Shown: positions 24,265-36,825 of the stretch, in pieces | Layout: each line of letters begins with the position of its first letter | Numbering within the stretch: the stretch's first letter is position 1 | NCBI GenBank assembly: GCA_002269645.1 | Contig: NIVC01000792.1 | Span: forward strand, 7,888 to 71,887 | Length of the DNA stretch: 64,000 nt | Direction: 5' to 3' | Origin: Macrostomum lignano | Taxonomy: Eukaryota | Position numbers and translations under genes: made by a program | Notes under the pieces: model-generated | The model's database searches: none | Told to the model about the DNA's origin: nothing | Seen by the model: the letters and a program-made list of their open reading frames with translations, nothing else

Positions 24265-24939
24265 TCGTGATATTCACGACCACGCGGGCGAGGCACAGGG
24301 TGCAGACACTGCCTGACGTCTAGCCTGTGTGCATGCCAGTGTGCGTGCTCGGATCAACTGAATGACTACCTGCCTCCTCATAGTAATTCTCGAATTCCCG
24401 ATGATCAGTGAAGAGACGTGAATTGTATTTTTATTCTAGGATGTCACGCTGGGCAGTGAGCATAACAAACGAACATTTGCGATTGAACAAATTTTAGACG
24501 GTCAGTAAACAATTTTATCACTTTTGCAGAAAGAGCTTAGCAAAAATGGCGTGTAGTCGTTCTCAACATTTAGCAATGATTATTTAAAAATTCTGAAGCT
24601 GCTCCTCCCACTATTTCACGAATCGGAGAAATGATTTTATTCATTCGAGCTCCTCTCGGCGGATAGTGCACTCTATCTTCATCTACCAGTCCGCATTTGC
24701 GCCGCTTCAAGTGTTAGAAGGTTTCGGATGGCATCGGGTGAAATTCCCACGAGGGGATAATCTGACTGGCAGTGCGTCTCCTACAGCAGGCAAATATCCC
24801 ATCCTGCGGTGCAGGTTTCACATCCTCCCGTGTCAGACAACAATAGAGTGAATACTGAAAGTATAAAAAATAGAGAAGAGAATGGAGGCTGGGGAGCTCT
24901 ATAGACAGACTAATACACCCAATGGGGGCATATTGTTTT

Positions 24940-26242
24940 TCAGTAGTATAATCCATCGAATTTCCGTTGCATAAAAATTCATATTCTCAATGGTTTTATC
25001 TGGATTAGATTCTCTAAAGATTCAGATGTCATGGATAGTTCGGGAAATACTCGCGCTGTTTTTGGCTGTTAGAGAGAGGTCACACCAAGGGACGGAAGCT
25101 GTCAGCTTCACACGTTGCGATGACCAACGGAACTGACAGCTGGGGTAGCAATAGTTACCCTTGACGTTCAAGGACAGTCTTCGCTGAATTAATTGGCTTT
25201 TAAAACTCCCAGCATCCGGGATGGTCTGCAGGGCTGCTTTAGCCGCTGATAATACATGTAGCTCGCATTTTTTGTTGTCCATGGCTAAGCCAAAGCTGAA
25301 CAGGGCATGGATTTTATGGTGGGGGACAAAGCCAAGAATTCTACAAGTACATGTACATTATTTTCAGAATTTTAGCGCCGCAGGCACTCATTTTTGCGCC
25401 GAAGGCACTCATTTTAGCGCCGCAGGCACTCATTTTGGCGCCGCAGGCACTCATTTTAGCGCCGCAGGCACTCATTTTAGTGCCGCAGGCACTCATTTTA
25501 GCGCCGCAGGCACTCATTTTAGCGCCGCAGGCACTCATTTTAGCGCCGCAGGCACTCATTTTGGCACCGCAGGCACTCATTTTAGCGCCGCAGGCACTCA
25601 TTTTAGCGCCGCAGGCACTCATTTTAGCGCCGCAGGCACTCATTTTAGCGCCGCAAGCACTCATTTTAGCGCTGCAGGCACTCATTTTAGCGCCGCAGGC
25701 ACTCATTTTAGCGCCGCAGGCATTCATTTTAGCGCCGCAGGCATTCATTTTAGCGCCGCAGGCACTCATTTTGGCACCGCAGGCACTCATTTTGGCACCG
25801 CAGGCATTCATTTTAGCGCCGCAGGCACTCATTTTAGCGCCGCAGGCACTCATTTTTGCGCCGCAGGCATTCATTTTAGCGCCGCAGGCACTCATTTTGG
25901 CGCCGCAGGCATTCATTTTAGCGCCGCAGGCACTCATTTTGGCGCCGCAGGCACTCATTTTGGCGCCGCAGGCACTCATTTTTGAGCCAAAGGCACTCAT
26001 TTTAGCGCCGCAGGCATTCATTTTAGCGCCGCAGGCACTCATTTTAGCGCCGCAGGCATTAATTTTGGCGCCGCAGACACTCATTTTGGCACCGCAGGCA
26101 TTCATTTTAGCGCCGCAGGCATTCATTTTGGCGCCGCAGGCATTCATTTTGGCATTGGTATGCATTGGTATGTCCCCCCCCATAGCTTCAACTGGGGGGG
26201 GACATGTCTCCCCTGTCCCCCCCCCCGGTGGCGGCGCCCCTG
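24940..26242 (-). mobile_element. Degenerate hAT-like transposon fragment with one terminus
   Basis: The right boundary reads CAGGGGCGCCGCCACCGGGGG on the minus strand, a hAT-like end. Broken-frame peptides VIATCEADSF and SMTSESLENLIQIK resemble the hAT dimerization domain. No partner end found. Confidence 0.45.
25368..26153. repeat. 21-bp minisatellite, about 37 copies
   Basis: Unit TTTAGCGCCGCAGGCACTCAT. Confidence 0.97.
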
Positions 26243-28588
26243 ACGTTCACCATCCGAATAACACATAAAAGTCCCTGAAGGTAGGTCTGTTTGCTGGCTT
26301 TTCAAAAAAACTGTAAAGCTGAGAGAAGACACAGGTAGCTACTTTTGTTTTTTTCCAGCCTCCCGCAGATTTAAAAATAAGAATGCAAAAAACTTTTAGA
26401 TCGACATAAAAAAACAGAGTAATTGGGCCCGAAAATAAAGTATAAACAGTGTAGCTTCCTATTTCCATGGTAACTTACTGTAGTCCTTGAGTGCAGCTCA
26501 AGCGGAGACTGAACATGGCAATATAATTTTTAGTGTGTGAAAGTGTATAAAAATGCATGCAATTTTCATATTAAAACTCCATTGAAATGATGCAGCCATT
26601 AAAACTTAACGAAGAAAACAAGTCTCGCATTGTCATCGCCGGCCTCATTAACAGCGGAATTCGCCTTCACCTCAGGTCAGGACCCCAAGTCCCCCCCCCC
26701 CCAACTCTTCCTCAGCCCGACCGCCCGCTGCCTCCCGTCTTTTTGCTTCGACGCTACATGAACAAAACAGCAAAAAAATCGATGAAGGCAACAAGGCATA
26801 GAAGAGGCATTTCTTTGAGAGCTACACAAGAATTCTGAGCATTTTTTCCTTAGAGAGTGACGAACACCCACCAGGCAGACACGCACAGAAGGCAGCAAGC
26901 TTGCATGCTAGTGCTGGCCTGAGAGCTGCGACAAAGGCAGGTAGCGTACAAGAGTCTCTGACTAAAATAGATACTGGAAGACGCAATGCCTTCCCATGCA
27001 GTTTCTTAACCCTGTTGAAAGGAGACAATGGTGAGGAGCGCTGAAAGGTAGGACTCCAGCTTCCGCGTCTGGCAACTCATTGCGGGAGAGGCGCAACTTT
27101 AAAGGACAGTATTGATCAGTAGGCTTACCTAGCAGAAAAATAATTTATACCCAGGTAAAAGACGGCCTTCTATTCTACGAGCGTAATGTGCTTAAGGTAG
27201 GAACTTGAATCTCCAACTGCCCCAGACAATAATCGACATTATCTTGAAAAGTGACAGAAACAATTCGAAAAATCTGCTGAAGTGCTGGTGCACTCTTGTC
27301 GGGTTCAATCCCGGCTGTTATTGATCGGCCAGATGAGGCTTAAAGAAGAAGCTCAATTCTCCCCTCCTTCACGGCTCTCCATTTCTCTTCCTATAGCTTC
27401 TGTTTGCTTCGGTTTTTTAGCTCTCTCCACTTCAGTTCCGTTTAAAATCCGTCGCATCTCAGCGACTCTGTTCAGCCTGATTGACAGCCAGACGAACTCT
27501 GTTTATTTGTTATTAAGATATTCTTCACCTGGCTCTATGAACAGCCGTAAATTCAGCTTTTTCCGTTAGTATAAGTGCATCGACTGGGCTTCTCTGCTGT
27601 CCATCCCCCTGCTGAATTCTACTTTTTAGTCGCCTGTTGGTTGATAAAAAATTGGGGAATAGAGAGAGGCAGATGCTGCTACTGCACTGTCCTTTCGTGA
27701 TTTATGCATTGGAATTATCTAGCCGCTTTTGCCTGTGCAGCCTGCCTGTTGCCTGCTGTGTCGCCCACTGCTTTAATCTCAGCTCTTTACTTCGCATTTC
27801 TTCCCCGCATCCGTTGCTCACCCGCCGCCCGAACTGGAAGACGGAAGGAAGAAAAAGATAAAGTTGGGGAGGGAGAGATGGAGGCTCTCAGAGGAAGGCA
27901 GCAAGTTTGAGGTCGGCAGCGAGCGAAGGTCTGGAGTGATGTACTGTCCCATCGAGTGGGCCGCCTGTTCACCCGATTCGGGCCTAGCTGAGCTGGTGGC
28001 AAATCCGCCTCCTTGACTTGACGCCTCCAGACAGAGTGCTGGCAAGGGACACTGCTCAATTGTCACGCGATTCTGGACATAAAAAGCATTCACCACATCG
28101 TCTCGACGCCGGTCCTTTATCGAGTGCAGTGCAATAAACAGGATTGTTGTTCTTTTTCTTTTTTGAATCCAACCTTATTGCACTAAATTAAAATTGTTTC
28201 ATGAGAGTCCTCTGTCGATCTACGGACTGCCTGTACTTATGGATCCATATTTATTCATTGATATTTTCCATTCCTTCCGCAGCTATTGGATTTAAGACAA
28301 AAAACGCTGCACTGACCATACAAGTTCTGCAGAATGCTTTTAAATTTGTGGGCATCCAGAGACCGACATTGATTTGCACGAATTCAAACGATAAAGGTAT
28401 CGATTTATATTGACATAAATCCGCCCGGGAATGCCTAAAAATGACAGTTTTAAAAATTTTTTCCAATAGCTTGCTCTTTTCAGCCTACATCTATTGCTTT
28501 TCGTATCATAGCGGTGTGATGTCATTTTCTGGGAAGACAAGGATGGTCGCAGCCCTCTAGAACGCACGTATCTATTAATGAAATCTAA

Positions 28589-31500
28589 ATGCCTATTCAG
28601 GACGCCATGACTGAGGACACAGCCGGACTCCTGGGGGTGCCGCAGGCCTCAGTCGCGCGAACCCAGCAGAGACGTTTTCGAACGCGCAGCGGCTTCAAAG
28701 GCGACGCGGCAACCGGTGCCGCTTCTGCTGCGCTACCATGGCAGCAGAACAGCGGCGACACGGGCCTTGGCAGCAGCGTAGAGATTTCTCCGTCAGCTTC
28801 GCCGATTCGTGGTGCCTCCGAGGAGGAGCCGCCATCGCAGCAGCAGCAGCAGCCACCGCCATCTCCTAGTGGTCGACCTTCAACACTCCAACTGCGTTCG
28901 TCGGGTGTTGAATCCGCCGGTGCTGTGTCGGCGGCCGAGGATCCAGACGACGGCACATCGGCCTGGTCACGCTGGTCTCGCCAACGACGCGCCTCTCTGC
29001 AGCAGCGGCGGCAGCTCCGGATAAAAGAGGAGCCCCGAGTTGAAGCATCCGCGGCAGCAGAGGCAGCAGTGGCAGCTGCAGCGGCTGTCGCTCAGGCCGA
29101 GGCCGAGGAAGAAGCGCGTCTGACAACGCCGATATTGAAAGCGCGCCAAGAATGCGCGGCCCTGATGGCTCCGGAGAAACAGCGACTGCACCTGCGACAA
29201 CAGCAGCAGCAGCGACGGAGTCGAGCAGCTGGTGGAGGCGAATTAATTGGCATCGGAGGCCGACGGTCGAAGGTGAGCTACGCTGGCAGCTTCGCGCAGG
29301 AGTTGAGCAACACGCAGTGGAACCGGCTGCGAGCCTACTGGGAGCATCCGACTTTTGTGCGCAGTCGCTTGGTTGCTGCGGCAATGGCGACACTGGCAGC
29401 TCCCTGCCTGTTGATCTGCTTGTCCACCGCCTCCTGGTCCTACCACTCGCTGGGTAAGTTGCTTAAAAGGCCTTCGGACTACGCGTTTGGGGGTCTCTCT
29501 TGGTTTTGGGGTGTTTCAGTCCAGTTGTTAAAGCGTCGGACTCACGACGTGAAGATTCCCCCTGGAATAATTTGTTTCCTTGAGCAAGACACTTAAGCAT
29601 TGCTTCAGTTCACCCAGCTGCAAAATGGGTGCCTTGCAGCAATAGTTGGGGTAATTGAGGGTGTGTGGCGACCCCCCAGTCCTTGGACTGAACAGCCGTA
29701 CGCAGTCTTCAGATGCGCCCGCTGACATCTGGTTGCACATCTGGTTCAATTGGGGCAGGTGTAATCAATTAATTATTATATGGGTCTCACAGCCTGAACT
29801 TTCAAAGGAGGAAAAATTCGGTAAATTTTAAGCGCTAGAGATATTTAGAGTTTTGGGAACACTTGAAATTTAATTATAATTTCAGATTTTTAGGTCTGTT
29901 TAACCGCCTGCATGCTGAACCGTGCTGTTTGGTAGGAATCACCTTCATTGGTACTCTCGTAGCCATTGGCTTTTAGCGGTAACTTTGCGAAGTTGCAAGA
30001 GGGCTTCTACAGGTGGCTAAGCAAAAAAATTGTCCAACAAAAGTACAAGGTTAAGTTAATTGAAAGCAACGAACATGAACTGTATTGTATTTTAAGCAGC
30101 GATCCAGCTTCAGAAGAAGAAGACATTGTAAAGCAGAAAATTGATGCACGATTTAACCTGTTTAAATGCATGGCCTAAATGCACGAAAGAATGTCCGATT
30201 GCATTAGGCGAATCAAGAGCCCTCCCAGTGCCTTACCGTCTCAATTTTCTCCCTGTCGAGCATTTTCGAGTTGAGGAATTGAGGAAGGGAGGAAAATTGA
30301 GCAGGAGAACCCCCCCCCGTAGCTGGCCGGCTCCTCAGTCATCTCGCGGGACTCAGAGAATTAGCAAGATCTTCATCGTGGACTCCCGGAAATTTGAAGT
30401 GGACGAAGAGGGCACGAAATCGGATGATGCTGGATTAGTTTGATGCAGCTCGGATCGAATAAGAGCCGGTGAGGCCCCCTAAGTGACCAGAAAATTGTCA
30501 CGAGAAGTCACAGCCACTGCTAATGATGGGGGGTTAATGATAGCAATTGCTTCGTCAGGTTTTGGTACCGGGTTCGGGGTTTGAAAAAATGTTCGGGTCG
30601 GGGTTCGGAGTTCGAACCCGTCCTGAATTGCCGTCCTAAACACCCCTAGATCAAACAGATAGACTAAGGGTCTACTATGGTGAAAAATAGTCCAAAGGGT
30701 TCTATGAGTCTGTCTCCAAATTTATTGCAACAAAAGGGGATTAACCTTCAAGCATGACGTGACGCGAAAGTCAGGAATCGAATGTTGTTTAAGCGAGTAT
30801 AAATTCTTGCGATATATTTGCAGTAGTACAACAGTCTAAGTTGCTTGACGAAACACAGGTCGAGTGCAATAAGTTAAATATTGTGAATATTGAACTTCAC
30901 TGGTGCATTGTATGGCTGAGTAAGTGGAGAGACTTAAGGGGCGAGGCAAGGCTAGCGCAATGATGTACACTGAATTGCACAGAGTACGCATTGGTTTACA
31001 GAGTACATAGAAGTTTGGAATTGAATAAAGTTAAGTGACTAAGTTAGCAGAATAAAGTCTAATTGAATAAAGCTAAGCAATAAACCGAACACAGGTACCC
31101 ATGCTAACAAACCAACGAACCGTCACATCAAAGCATAAGTACGAGCGTAATGCTGTCAAAGAGGGTGCATTGTAGTATTGATAATAATGGCAACCTCGCA
31201 AACCGGTGATTTAAGCACTATTTAAAACAGTAACGGTACAACTATGCACCTCTAATTTTTTAGCACTTACTTAAGGCAAGCGCGTGCAGGTTGCAGGTTA
31301 AAATCGTTTAATTTCACTTCTAAATACTCAGAATTAGCTTAGACCCAGTACCTTTGACTTTATAAGCATAGCTATCCCTATTCAATCACCTGGGTTCTAG
31401 TCAATCACCTGGGTTCTAGTCAATCACCTGGGTTCTAGTCAATCACCTGGGTTCTAGTCAATCACCTGCATGGTTCTAGTCAATCACCTGGGTTCTAGTC

Positions 31501-34500
31501 AATCACCTGGGTTCTAGTCAATCACCTGGGTTCTAGTCAATCACCTGGGTTCTAGTCAATCACCTGGGTTCTAGTCAATCACCTGGGTTCTACTCAATCA
31601 GCTGGTTCTAGTCAATCACCTGGGTTCTACTCAATCACCTGGGTTCTACTCAATCACCTGGGTTCTACTCAATCACCTGGTTCTACTCAATCACCTGGGT
31701 TCTACTTAATCACCTGGGTTCTACTCAATCACCTGGGTTCTACTCAATCACCTGGGTTCTACTCAATCAGCTGGGTTTAGCCCAACCAAATGCGAGCTGT
31801 TTCACACTGACAATATTTTCTCCACTAGCTAGCCAAACTAGGCAAAAGTACACATTTATCCGGGATCATCTTTCTCGCAACTAAGCTACGGCTTTGCATA
31901 TTCTCCGCGTGGCGTACCAAACGTGCTACTTTATTATCGGTAGTAGTAGTATAGCTAGAGATGTTTTATAATAATTTGAAAGCTCCATTTTATTCCGGTG
32001 TAACCGTATGTCTAACAAAACACAACCCCCCCCCCAATGACACACGCGCAGATAATAGCACTCTGGCTCGCTCCGGCCTGTGGCAGACCTGCTATCAGCT
32101 CAATGACACCTGTGTTGGCAATTTCGGCTCAACAGACTCTCACACCGATGGAAGGGGTGAGAGCTCTGCTGGTTTTTAATGACATTGGAGGGCCTCATTT
32201 ATCATGAACATGCGTTTATTTTGAGGAGCAGAAGAGGGAGGCGATATTGGGGATCGAAGTTGATGCGAGTGAGACAGGGAAGAAAAAGGGATAAATGATT
32301 ATAAAACCCCCTGTTCTAAATGCTGCTGGCGCTCATAAAGTCAGTGCTCATGCACTCCTTCGCAACTAAAAATTTAATGCAAATTAGATGCAGCTTTCTG
32401 CCCGTGGTCCATGAGTTTTTAGAAGTATTAAGTTATTTAACTGATAGTTTTACCAACTGAACTAACTACCAAATTCACGTGGTTTGCAATGCTTCATCAA
32501 GAGACAGACAGATATTGAGATGGAAGCTGCAAAGAGACAGACCACACCAGCATCCCAGCAGCATCAAATTAATTCGACAAATGCATGGAGCCAGGTGGGC
32601 AGGCAGTCCAGAAGGGACTCTAGCAATGCCAGCCCCCTCCTCCTTGCGGTACAACGAGAAAAACGCTCACGCAGAAAAAAGACAAGCGGGCAAAGAAAGA
32701 GAGACAGGAATTGCCACAGCTGCGAACAACTGTGCTCACACCCCAGCTTTTCTATGCTTCCCTCTTTAACTGGCATTGCCGTAGCTACTCAAAAAAACTG
32801 AGGCCATAAGCCTAACAGAGGAAGATGGGAGAAGAGGAGAAGGGGAGACGAGGAAACTAGAGCATGGCTGCGGAAGCTGGGAGCCGCATCTCCTCGCCCC
32901 CATCCCTCGATTGGCTGCTCTCAGTCCAAATTCACTTGCCATTCCTGTTCTACTTGCCCCTCTCCTTCCCTCTCTCTCTGCCGTTCTTTTGGTTACTTGC
33001 ATTTAATTCTGCCCCTGCCTTCTCTCTGTAAAGAGTTGCTCAGCTTTGATCAGCGAGACTGTCAGCTTGAGTTGGTCCATTCTTCACTAGATGCTTTACG
33101 ATTGAGTTGTTGAGTGACAGAGTGACAGATTGTCGGAACTGGCGGTTCAGCAGAGTGCCAGACAGTGAAAGTGTACCAACAGCGGCAGAGCGGCCTCGCG
33201 ATGCAGCTAAAGACGCTGAAGAGTTTCGTCAGCTTCCGCGTCCCCGACAGCGTCGGAATCTACGAACAGCGCCGGCCACACAGCGAAGCCGCCGGCGCCC
33301 AAGAGCGGCGCCGTTTGGCTTGGCGCTGCCTTGGCGCCTTGCTTGGAGGCGCCTCTCTCGCCCTGTTGGGAGCTGCAGTGGCACCGGGGGCGCACTGGCA
33401 TTGGCGCGAGAGTAGCAGAGGTTGGGTCAGCTTGTGGGACGTGTGCCCGAACTCTCCGAGCTCGTATGTGGCGACTCTGCAACCAGGAAATCACAGCGTC
33501 CCACCGAGAGCTGGCTGCAGCGGCTTCGGGAAACTGCGGCTGCAAGGTAGTTCGTTAGATGTTAGATTAAACCATAGAGCCCTTCCACACCTTAGAGTCC
33601 ACTCTGCATTATCTACTCAGCCTGACACTCGTGAGTCCTACTCTGCATTCTCTACTCAGTCTGACACTCGTGAGTCCTACTCTGCATTCTCTACTCAGCC
33701 TGACACTCGTGAGTCCTACTTTGCATTCTCTACTCAGCCAGGGACTACTCAAACACCGGGACGGGAAACTGGGATTTTTTTACGAGGCTGGTCTATCATC
33801 AGCAGTAGAAAATAACCATAGACAACAAAGTAACACAGCATCTCTCTAATGAAAATAATTGCCAGCCAGCCTCGTAAAAGAATTTTAGTTTCCCGTCCCG
33901 GCGTTTGAGTAGTCCCTGTACTCAGCCTGACACTCGTGAGTCCTACTTTGCATTCTCTACTCAGCCTGACACTCGTGAGTCCTACTCTGCATTATCTACT
34001 CAGCCTGACACTCGTGAGTCCTACTTTGCATTCTCTACTCAGTCTGACACTCGTGAGTCCTACTTTGCATTCTCTACTCAGCCTGACACTCGTGAGTCCT
34101 ACTTTGCATTCTCTACTCAGCCTGACACTCGTGAGTCCTACTTTGCATTCTCTACTCAGCCTGACACTCGTGAGTCCTACTTTGCATTCTCTACTCAGCC
34201 TGACACTCGTGAGTCCTACTCTGCATTATCTACTCAGCCTGACACTCGTGAGTCCTACTTTGCATTCTCTACTCAGTCTGACACTCGTGAGTCCTACTTT
34301 GCATTCTCTACTCAGCCTGACACTCGTGAGTCCTACTTTGCATTCTCTACTCAGCCTGACACTCGTGAGTCCTACTTTGCATTCTCTACTCAGCCTGACA
34401 CTCGTGAGTCCTACTCTGCATTCTCTACTCAGCCTGACACTCGTGAGTCCTACTCTGCATTCTCTACTCAGCCTGACACTCGTGAGTCCTACTCTGCATT

Positions 34501-36263
34501 CTCTACTCAGCCTGACACTCGTGAGTCCTACTTTGCATTCTCTACTCAGTCTGACACTCGTGAGTCCTACTTTGCATTCTCTACTCAGCCTGACACTCGT
34601 GAGTCCTACTCTGCATTCTCTACTCAGCCTGACACTCGTGAGTCCTACTCTGCATTATCTACTCAGCCTGACACTCGTGAGTCCTAATTTGCATTCTCTA
34701 CTCAGCCTGACACTCGTGAGTCCTACTCTGCATTATCTACTCAGCCTGACACTCGTGAGTCCTACTTTGCATTCTCTACTCAGTCTGACACTCGTGAGTC
34801 CTACTCTGCATTCTCTACTCACCATCTTCCTGTGAGTGAAATTCATAGTTATTTTTATTCCAATCTCTTCCAGCACTCTCCACATCAGACTCACCCTTTC
34901 CTCATCCGCTCAGATCTATTTCCAAACGATTTATGACAACAAAACGATGTGAATTACAAAGTACCGTTAATCTATCTGCTTCTAAATGCACAAAAAGTAC
35001 ATGCTTTGCAGTTAAATCAGCCTGGACTGCAACTAAGCATATTCTTTGCCATCTATTTGGTCTTTCTCCCATCCCCCTGGGGATCCTGCTGCACAGTCCT
35101 AATTTCCTCTGTGAGCACAAACACACGCACCAGGTCTCCGCCAGCCTTTCCTGTGAGCCGTGGCGCGCTGCCCCTCACGCAGAGCAGAGCCAGTTTCCCG
35201 TCTGCTGTCACGGCAGAAAAGAAGGGCGCTGAATTAATCATGTTGGACAAACCTGCGCACCGTTGCTGCAGCTCTCCGGCTCTTGGCACCTGTCCGATAT
35301 GCGATACGCGACGTTGCACTTTAAGCAAGGCTCATGAACTCTTTCTGCTGCGGAAAAACATTAACGCTCGGTCGTATTTATCACTCGACAAAACCTCACA
35401 ATTTCTCCAGACTGGCAGAAGGCGTCCATCGGTCTGTTGCTGTTTGCCATTCTGTTCGCCGGGCTGGGCACCGGCCTCGCCTCAGTGGGCCTCTGTATCA
35501 GCTATCTGCCAAAGAAGATGTACTACTTCCACTCTGCTGGCGAGATCTTCTTTGTAGCCGGTAAGGAAAGAGCTCAGTTATAATTTATGAGCGGCTATAG
35601 TTAAGTAGCCTTGGCCGGGTGTTTTGTGTCTTTCAGACGAAATGGTAGCTAGATTGAAATCGTGCATCATGCTTGTCATTCGTCAATACTGAATAACCCA
35701 TCTGGGGCAACTGCTAAGGACTGAGAATATTAATCTTAGTTTTATGCCTATTTAGCGCCTGCCTGTGTGCTTTTAATCCATTGAATACATCTTGAACCAG
35801 TAGACCCGCAGCCCAGACCAAGGCAAACGCTAGGCCAATTATAAGAAATGCTAGAATTTGAAGCTTCTGACATTGATCTTTTATTGTTATAATCAATAAT
35901 AAAAATATTTATTTCCATGAATAATTGTCAACATGTACTAAAAGTACATTTGTATTTGGTACGTCGTACTTGACAATAGAAGCCCAAATCTCTCTCTGCC
36001 TCGCGCTCGCTTTGGTTGCAGCCCTGTCGGCCACAGTGGCCTTGGGCATCTACCCGTACGCCGTGCAGAAGCTGCTGTTTCAATCGCACCGCTACGGCTA
36101 CGGCTACGCGTTGGGTTGGATAGCCGCGGCGCTGCTGCTGGCCTCGGCTCTCTGCATGATGCTGGACGATCTGGTGCGCGAAACCAGCCGGCCTTGGGCT
36201 CTGCTGTGCTGCAACAGGTCCGGCTCTCGGAGGCAGCATGCCGACACCGGTCAGGCTGTGTGA
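28589..36263 (+). CDS. Claudin/PMP22-family tetraspan protein, isoform A; exons 28589-29453, 32052-32156, 35411-35560, 36022-36263
   Basis: TM1 LVAAAMATLAAPCLLICLSTASW; ECL1 SGLWQTC..DTC; TM2 DWQKASIGLLLFAILF; YYFHSAGEIFFV; TM4 YGYGYALGW. All joins are phase-1 GT-AG. Confidence 0.85.
29508..29750 (+). mobile_element. CORE-type tRNA-derived SINE (degenerate), intronic
   Basis: A tRNA-like 5' part is followed by TCCTTGAGCAAGACACTTAA..TTCAGTTCACCCAGCTGCAAAATGGGT, resembling the CORE-SINE domain. The 3' part is shared with 53909-53990. Confidence 0.65.
31382..31776. repeat. 19-bp minisatellite, about 20 copies, intronic
   Basis: Unit CAATCACCTGGGTTCTAGT. Confidence 0.96.
33201..36263 (+). CDS. 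Claudin/PMP22-family protein, alternative isoform B; exons 33201-33546, 35411-35560, 36022-36263
   Basis: Own ATG (MQLKTLK), own TM1 (LAWRCLGALLGGASLALLGAAV) and own W..SLWDVC...C loop. Phase-1 donor CAAG|GTAGTT is compatible with the 35411 acceptor. Confidence 0.72.
33596..34820. repeat. 39-bp minisatellite, about 27 copies, split by a MITE
   Basis: Unit CTACTCAGCCTGACACTCGTGAGTCCTACTTTGCATTCT. Confidence 0.96.
33739..33918. mobile_element. hAT-type MITE, 180 bp, 8-bp TSD
   Basis: 32-bp TIRs CAGGGACTACTCAAACACCGGGACGGGAAACT (1 mismatch); TACTCAGC duplicated at 33731-33738 and 33919-33926. Confidence 0.92.
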
Positions 36264-36410
36264 GCTCCGTCTTGCTTGGTACGGACTGGCCAAGTACAAG
36301 TGCATCAAACTGTACTCTACACTGCTCCACTGCTCGATAGGACGATGGGATAACCTTAAGTGTTGATTCCCGATCCTAAATCCTAACAGTGCTAACCGTG
36401 CTTTAAGGAT

Positions 36411-36825
36411 GGGAATGATTCACTCCTTCGACCATGTACCCCAACATCGATCAGGGAATGATTCACTCCTTCGACCATGTACCCCAACATCGATCTGGGA
36501 ATGATTCACTCCTTCGACCATGTACCCCAACATCGATCAGGGAATGATTCACTCCTTCGACCATGTACCCCAACATCGATCAGGGAATGATTCACTCCTT
36601 CGACCATGTACCCCAACATCGATCAGGGAATGATTCACTCTTTCGAAAATGTACCCCAACATCAATCAGGGAATGATTCACTCCTTCGACCATGTACCCC
36701 AACATCGATCTGGGAATGATTCAATCCTTCGACCATGTACCCCAACATCGATCTGGGAATGATTCACTCCTTCGACCATGTACTCCAACATCGATCTGGG
36801 AATGATTCACTCCTTCGACCATGTA
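36411..36825. repeat. 43-bp minisatellite, about 10 copies
   Basis: Unit GGGAATGATTCACTCCTTCGACCATGTACCCCAACATCGATCA. Confidence 0.96.

Noticed and set aside
25221-26268. SAAGTHF / KMSACGA / LAPQALI repeat proteins
   Set aside because: Three open frames of a 21-bp repeat; no non-repetitive coding context.
32052-33546. Single transcript A1-A2-B1-C-D with two TM1 segments
   Set aside because: An in-frame acceptor exists at 33153/33154, but the product would put the second ECL1 in the cytoplasm. Alternative first modules are more parsimonious.
33905-34835. STQPDTRESY repeat ORFs
   Set aside because: 39-bp intronic array, interrupted by a MITE.
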